Source: Myxococcales bacterium | GTDB taxonomy: Bacteria; Myxococcota_A; Polyangia; Polyangiales; DASUME01 | Direction: 5' to 3' | Length of the DNA: 64,000 bases | NCBI GenBank assembly: GCA_047601445.1 | Contig: JASGJH010000001.1 | Span: 7,296,001 to 7,360,000, forward strand | Part shown: one piece after another, positions 59,340 to 64,000 of the stretch | Layout of the letters: the number at the start of each line of letters is the position of its first letter | Position numbering within the stretch: position 1 is the stretch's first letter | Notes under the pieces: generated by a model | Told to the model about the DNA's origin: nothing | The model's database searches: none | What the model saw: only the letters and a program-made list of their open reading frames with translations | Program-made: the position numbers and the translations under genes

Positions 59340-60482
59340 ATGCGCCCGCCCACCACGTTGTCATGGTTCCGTCTGGGAGCCCTGATCCCACTCGCATTCG
59401 GTGCCCATTGCGGCGGCTCGAGCTTGCCTCGCCCCGAGTCCGAGCACGATGCGGCGACCGCCGAAGGCGGCTCCGAAGGCGATGTGGACGCGGGCCTCGT
59501 CGAAGCCGGGATGGACCGTGATCGCGACGCAGCAGGCCAGGACGCCGCGGAGCCCGATGCCCAGGCGCCTTCGGGGCGTGACACCATCTGCGGTCAGGCG
59601 ACCAGCTGGCCCGCGCCGCTCCCTGCGCAGCCGGCGGCACGCAAGGCCATGCCGGTGGGCACGCAGACCTTCGGCTTCATCGAAGGGCCCGTCTGGATCC
59701 ACGATCGCGGCGAGCTGCTCTTCTCCGACATGGACTTCAACGCGAGCGACGCAGCGGGCCCGCCCGCGCGCATCCGCCGTCTGCGACCGCCGACCAAGTT
59801 CGACGACTTCGTGCTCGCCTCCAATGGCAACGGACTCGCGCTCTACGACGACGACACGCTGATCGCCGCCACCCACGACAACCAGGGCCTGTCGCTCTTC
59901 GACCTGACCAGTGCGGTGCGCACCAAGCTCGAGGTATCGGCCGCGGGCAAGCACCTGAACTCTCCCAATGACCTGACCGTGCGCAGCGACGGAACCGTGT
60001 ATTTCACCGATCCGGATTGGCAGCTCGGGCCGCGCAGCTCCGAGACCAAGATCACGGGCGTGTACCGTGTGTCCCCGCCACTCGAGCCCGGTCGCGCGCT
60101 CGAGGCCCAGGTCGTCGAGAAGACCTTGAGCAAGCCCAACGGCATCGCGCTCTCACCCGACGAGCGCACGCTCTACGTGGGCTCCCAGGACAGCGAGATT
60201 CGGAAATACCCGCTTGCTGCCGACGGCTCGCTCGGTCAGCGCAGCAAGTTCGCGGACACTGGTAGCAGCGATGGCTTCGCCGTGGATTGCGCCGGCAACT
60301 TGTATGTGACCTCGGGCACGGTCGAGGTGTTCTCCCCGCAAGGCGAGAAGCTCGGTGACGTCACGCTCGACGACACCCCTTCGAACGCGGCCTTCGGCGG
60401 TGCCGACCGGCAGACCCTCTACATCACCGCGGGCTCGCGCCTGTACTCGATTCACTTGAACGTGCCCGGCTTCCCGTACTAG
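59340..60482 (+). CDS. SMP-30/gluconolactonase family exported protein
   Basis: EGPVW, NGL, NSPND, YFTDP, PNGIALSPD, DGFAVD..GNLYV. Confidence 0.92.
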   Translation: MRPPTTLSWFRLGALIPLAFGAHCGGSSLPRPESEHDAATAEGGSEGDVDAGLVEAGMDRDRDAAGQDAAEPDAQAPSGRDTICGQATSWPAPLPAQPAARKAMPVGTQTFGFIEGPVWIHDRGELLFSDMDFNASDAAGPPARIRRLRPPTKFDDFVLASNGNGLALYDDDTLIAATHDNQGLSLFDLTSAVRTKLEVSAAGKHLNSPNDLTVRSDGTVYFTDPDWQLGPRSSETKITGVYRVSPPLEPGRALEAQVVEKTLSKPNGIALSPDERTLYVGSQDSEIRKYPLAADGSLGQRSKFADTGSSDGFAVDCAGNLYVTSGTVEVFSPQGEKLGDVTLDDTPSNAAFGGADRQTLYITAGSRLYSIHLNVPGFPY

Positions 60483-60491
60483 TCCAGGGGC

Positions 60492-61544
60492 ATGGAACCC
60501 ATGCAGAGCGTCGCGCCTTCGGTTCGTGATCCACGCTGGACGTCGAGCGAACTCACCGCGCAAGCCTACCGTGTCGAGGTCGACGCCGAAGAGCAGAGCG
60601 CCCTCGCTGTCGCCATCGCGGGCGAGCGACCTTGGCAGGCACTCAAGCGATCCGACGTGCCTGTGAGCTGCCGCGGGCTGTTTCGGCGCATCGAGGGCTG
60701 CCTGGATCAGAGTGCCGGCTTTTGCGTGGTCTCGGGCCTGCCCTTCGACGGCGCAGAGGAGAGCTCTCGCCGTGTCGCGTTCCTGGCGGGCTACGGGGTC
60801 GGCACCCCCGTGTATCAAGATGCTCAGGCGGGCCGCATGGTCGACATCCGCAGCACCGAAGCGCAGCTGATGGACGCCGGCATGTACAAGCCGCGCAGCG
60901 ACGGGACGCACACGCGGCCCTACGAGACGCGCGCCGCGTTCCGCTTGCACACGGACGCGTGCGACGTGGCGGGTCTGTTCTGTGTGCAGGCGGCGGCCAC
61001 CGGCGGCACCTCCTCGCTGGTCAACGCCCTCACCGTGTACGATCGCGTGGCGCAGAGCCGACCGGATTTGCTCGCGGTGCTGGAAGAGCCCTTCTACTAC
61101 GCCAAGCCGCGCAAGCCCGGTGAGCCCGCGAGCTACCACGGCATCCCGGTGTTCAGTTGGCACCAGGGCTACTTCAAGAGCCACATCGTGCCCGACCTCA
61201 TCTACTTCGCTCAGTTCGTGCCCGAGGTGCCGCGGCTGACGAACGCGCAGCACGAGGCGCTCGACCTGCTCCAGAAAGTCGCCAGCTCACCCGAGCTAAA
61301 GTTCGAGCTGCGACTCGAGCCGGGCCAACTGTTGTTGCTCAACAACCACGTGGTCTGGCACGGGCGCGATGCCTACGAGGACGCGCCCGACACCGTGCGT
61401 CATTTGCTGCGCATCTGGATGGCCACCCCCACGAGCCGTCCACTGCACCCCCTCCACGAAGCCTGGTTCGGCGACCCCCGACCGGGCGCGCTGAGAGGCG
61501 GATACCTCAGGGAACGCCTGCACGAGCTCGCAGAAAAGGACTGA
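60492..61544 (+). CDS. TauD/TfdA-family Fe(II)/2-oxoglutarate dioxygenase
   Basis: HTD facial-triad motif, NNHVVWHGR, RHLLRIW. Confidence 0.9.
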   Translation: MEPMQSVAPSVRDPRWTSSELTAQAYRVEVDAEEQSALAVAIAGERPWQALKRSDVPVSCRGLFRRIEGCLDQSAGFCVVSGLPFDGAEESSRRVAFLAGYGVGTPVYQDAQAGRMVDIRSTEAQLMDAGMYKPRSDGTHTRPYETRAAFRLHTDACDVAGLFCVQAAATGGTSSLVNALTVYDRVAQSRPDLLAVLEEPFYYAKPRKPGEPASYHGIPVFSWHQGYFKSHIVPDLIYFAQFVPEVPRLTNAQHEALDLLQKVASSPELKFELRLEPGQLLLLNNHVVWHGRDAYEDAPDTVRHLLRIWMATPTSRPLHPLHEAWFGDPRPGALRGGYLRERLHELAEKD

Positions 61545-61756
61545 CGAGGAAACGGTGGCGTGGCCGCATACTTGTGACTGGGTGGCGACGCCCAATGTAC
61601 GGGGCCTGCCCCGGTGGCCTCACGTGCAAAATATCAGTCCTGACGGTTTCTCGGGTTTGGGCCGGTAATACCAGGCGATCGCGCTTGATCTAGAGGGTCC
61701 GGGCCGTCGAAGGTGGGAACTCAACACACGCAGGGGCGTGCTGCAGAGGGGGCCGA

Positions 61757-63298
61757 TTGGACCAAGCCTTCACACACCATATGGCTTCCGACTCGCGCTG
61801 GGGCGCGGAGCGCACGCGCAGGCCGTTCTTCAACATGTTCACGGTTTCGTTGCTGCTTTTGGGCACGAGCTACTTGCTCCTATTGGCCGCGCCGCTGGTC
61901 TCGGCGCGCCTGAGTGGGCTTGGTCGCGACGGCCAGTGGGCGCGCATCGCGCACTGGATCCCCGCCGCTTCGGGCGCCGGCCTCGCGCTGGGTGGTGGCG
62001 CGGCGTTGCTCTTGGTGCTCGCCCGTCTGAGCAAGGACATTCGCCGGCATCCCTACGCCTGCGTGGCGCCCGCGCTGGCGGCTTTCTCGGCCTGCCTGTT
62101 GATCGGGCTCGGCGCCAAGCTTCCGCTCGGTGCGAGCGAGCCGCTGTGCGTGTTCGCGCTCGCGTTGGCGGTCATGGGTGGATCGCTGGTTCAAGAGGCG
62201 GGCGCGGCCGGTCAGCTCTTCGGTTGGGCGCTGACGGTGGCACCGGCAGCGAGCATGGTCGCTGCCGTCTGGGCCGCGTCGGGAGAGGCGCAGCTGAGTC
62301 AAGCCATCTGGGCGCTGTCGCCCGCGAGTCGATTGTTCCTCGCGATGCTCGCGCTGAGCTCCGTCGCCATGGCCTTGCTGGGCATGGTCGCGCGCACCTT
62401 GGGCGAGGCGCGCGGGCTCGGCGCAGCGCAGGCTGCCATTCCGGTCCAGCACGGTACGTGGGACCCGAATCCGTTCTCCGCCCGTGAGGACACGCTCGAG
62501 CTCGCGCTGCGCTCTGCCGAACGCGAGCTCACCAAGCGCACCATCGGGCGACCAGCCTTGCTGGTACTCGCATGTCTGCTTGTGGGTGGTGCGGTGGCCG
62601 TCTGGCAGAACACGACGTCCGACTCGAGAGTTGCCTCGCGCGTCGCCCGTGAGTTGGTCACGGCGCAACCCGTGCAGGAAGCCCAGGTGGCGCAAGCGGC
62701 CAGCGCGCCTCCCGTGCCCCAAGTCGAGCCCTACGTCGCGAGCCCTGCGGCCGAGCCCAGCGTGGCCAACGCTGCGTTGGAGCCGAGCGGTCCTCAGGCG
62801 GCCTTGCCGGTGCGCGAACCCGAGCCTGCGGCCCAGGAGCCCGCTCTGGCATTGGCGTTGCCGGCAGAGGCGGAAGCCACGGCCCCGAGTTCGGTGGTGG
62901 TCACGTCCCGCGTGCCTCCCGCGCGCAAGGCGCGTGCAGCGCGCGCCAAGCTCAAGCCGGCTCCCGTGCGTCACGTGGCCAAAGCCGCGCCCGAGACCAA
63001 GACCGCCAAGGTCATGCCCGAGGCGGAGCCAGAGCAGGCGCAGGTCTCGGACAAGCCCGCGGCGCTGGAGAAGCCCCGTGCCGAGGCTGCCAGGGAGGCC
63101 AAGGCTGCTGCAGTGGAGAAGGCCCGCGCCGAGCCCGCCAAGGAGGCCAAGCCCGCGGTCGCCAAGGCCCCGCCGCCTCCCACACGCGGCGATGAGAGCC
63201 TCGATGAGCTGATGGACCGCGTGGTCGAGCCTAAGCAGGGTGGCAAGTCCAGCAAGTCCGCGGTCGTCAGCGCAGACGATCCCATCTTCGGACTTTGA
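61757..63298 (+). CDS. Hypothetical multi-TM protein with Pro/Ala/Lys-rich tail
   Basis: About 7 hydrophobic segments, then a low-complexity region ending DDPIFGL. Confidence 0.7.
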   Translation: MDQAFTHHMASDSRWGAERTRRPFFNMFTVSLLLLGTSYLLLLAAPLVSARLSGLGRDGQWARIAHWIPAASGAGLALGGGAALLLVLARLSKDIRRHPYACVAPALAAFSACLLIGLGAKLPLGASEPLCVFALALAVMGGSLVQEAGAAGQLFGWALTVAPAASMVAAVWAASGEAQLSQAIWALSPASRLFLAMLALSSVAMALLGMVARTLGEARGLGAAQAAIPVQHGTWDPNPFSAREDTLELALRSAERELTKRTIGRPALLVLACLLVGGAVAVWQNTTSDSRVASRVARELVTAQPVQEAQVAQAASAPPVPQVEPYVASPAAEPSVANAALEPSGPQAALPVREPEPAAQEPALALALPAEAEATAPSSVVVTSRVPPARKARAARAKLKPAPVRHVAKAAPETKTAKVMPEAEPEQAQVSDKPAALEKPRAEAAREAKAAAVEKARAEPAKEAKPAVAKAPPPPTRGDESLDELMDRVVEPKQGGKSSKSAVVSADDPIFGL

Positions 63299-63499
63299 TC
63301 CGGCGTCGCCACCGGGCGCTCACGCCGCGCTCGCGCTAACGAGCGACGCGCGTGGGCGACAATCCCCGCAGCGGGACGAGTTGCCCCAGCGTGGCAGCCG
63401 CGCACGTGCGGTACCCCGCTTCGAGCACGCTCTCGCGCGCCAACGCGCGGTCCGCGCCTGGGCACGCGCGATGCACGCTTCGAGCTCGGAGGAAGCCAC

Positions 63500-64000
63500 A
63501 TGGGACGCCGCAAGGAAGAGCGGGAGCCGCGTGCTCACGCGCGTGCGCGCGGAAAGCGCGGAGCAAGCAAGCACGAATCAGGGATCCAGCTGCGACCCCA
63601 GGGCTACTACGGCTCGGGTGGTAGCTACGGCTACGGCGGCGGCTTCGAGCACCCGGACTACCCCGAGCCCGAGCAAGCCAAAGATGACGAGGCCCGGCAC
63701 GCTCGGCGCGGCGGCGACCCCGGCTGGTTCCACGGCGTGGGCCCCATGGAGCCCTTCGACGCCTACGGCAGCTTCGGGAGCACCCTCGGCGACTACCAGC
63801 ACGCGCCTCAGCACGCCTTCCGCGCACGCTCCACGCGCGGGCCCTTCTTCGGGCGTGCGCCCCTCGGCTACACGCGCTCGGACGAGCGCATCCGCGACGA
63901 CGTTTGTGATCAGCTGATGCTGGGTCACGTGGATCCGAGCGCCGTCTCGGTGAGCGTCTCCGCGGGGGAAGTCACCCTCGAGGGAAGCGTCGAGACCCGA
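63500..64000 (+). CDS. BON-domain protein, runs off the window
   Basis: Manual translation from ATG after GGAGG: ...GRAPLGYTRSDERIRDDVCDQL...VSVSAGEVTLEGSVETR. Confidence 0.85.
   Translation, partial: MGRRKEEREPRAHARARGKRGASKHESGIQLRPQGYYGSGGSYGYGGGFEHPDYPEPEQAKDDEARHARRGGDPGWFHGVGPMEPFDAYGSFGSTLGDYQHAPQHAFRARSTRGPFFGRAPLGYTRSDERIRDDVCDQLMLGHVDPSAVSVSVSAGEVTLEGSVETR

Overview
GC-rich bacterial DNA with myxobacterial (Myxococcota-like) gene content: large Ser/Thr kinase-AAA proteins, many ECF sigma factors, Gly-Asp and Cys-rich lipoproteins and a DUF1552/DUF1592 pair. About 50 CDS are supportable. I saw no rRNA, tRNA, CRISPR array or transposase. Main points of interest: (1) a translationally coupled operon (22770-24709) that appears to encode a split vitamin K-dependent gamma-carboxylase-like enzyme, with the lumenal part placed before the HTTM part, behind a Cys-rich lipoprotein; (2) three copies of a cassette of putative beta-barrel protein, ECF sigma factor and anti-sigma factor, two of them back to back as mirror images, around three c-type cytochrome lipoproteins; (3) a sensor-less sigma54 activator divergent from a sigma54-type promoter in front of a Roadblock/LC7 gene; (4) a desaturase/MetX-like/type III glutamine synthetase operon converging on an SMR-FabF-ACP-reductase cluster; (5) a NikR-geometry palindrome upstream of a TonB-dependent receptor; (6) three single-base +1 frameshifts that may be sequencing errors. 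All family calls come from motif recognition by eye, not database searches.
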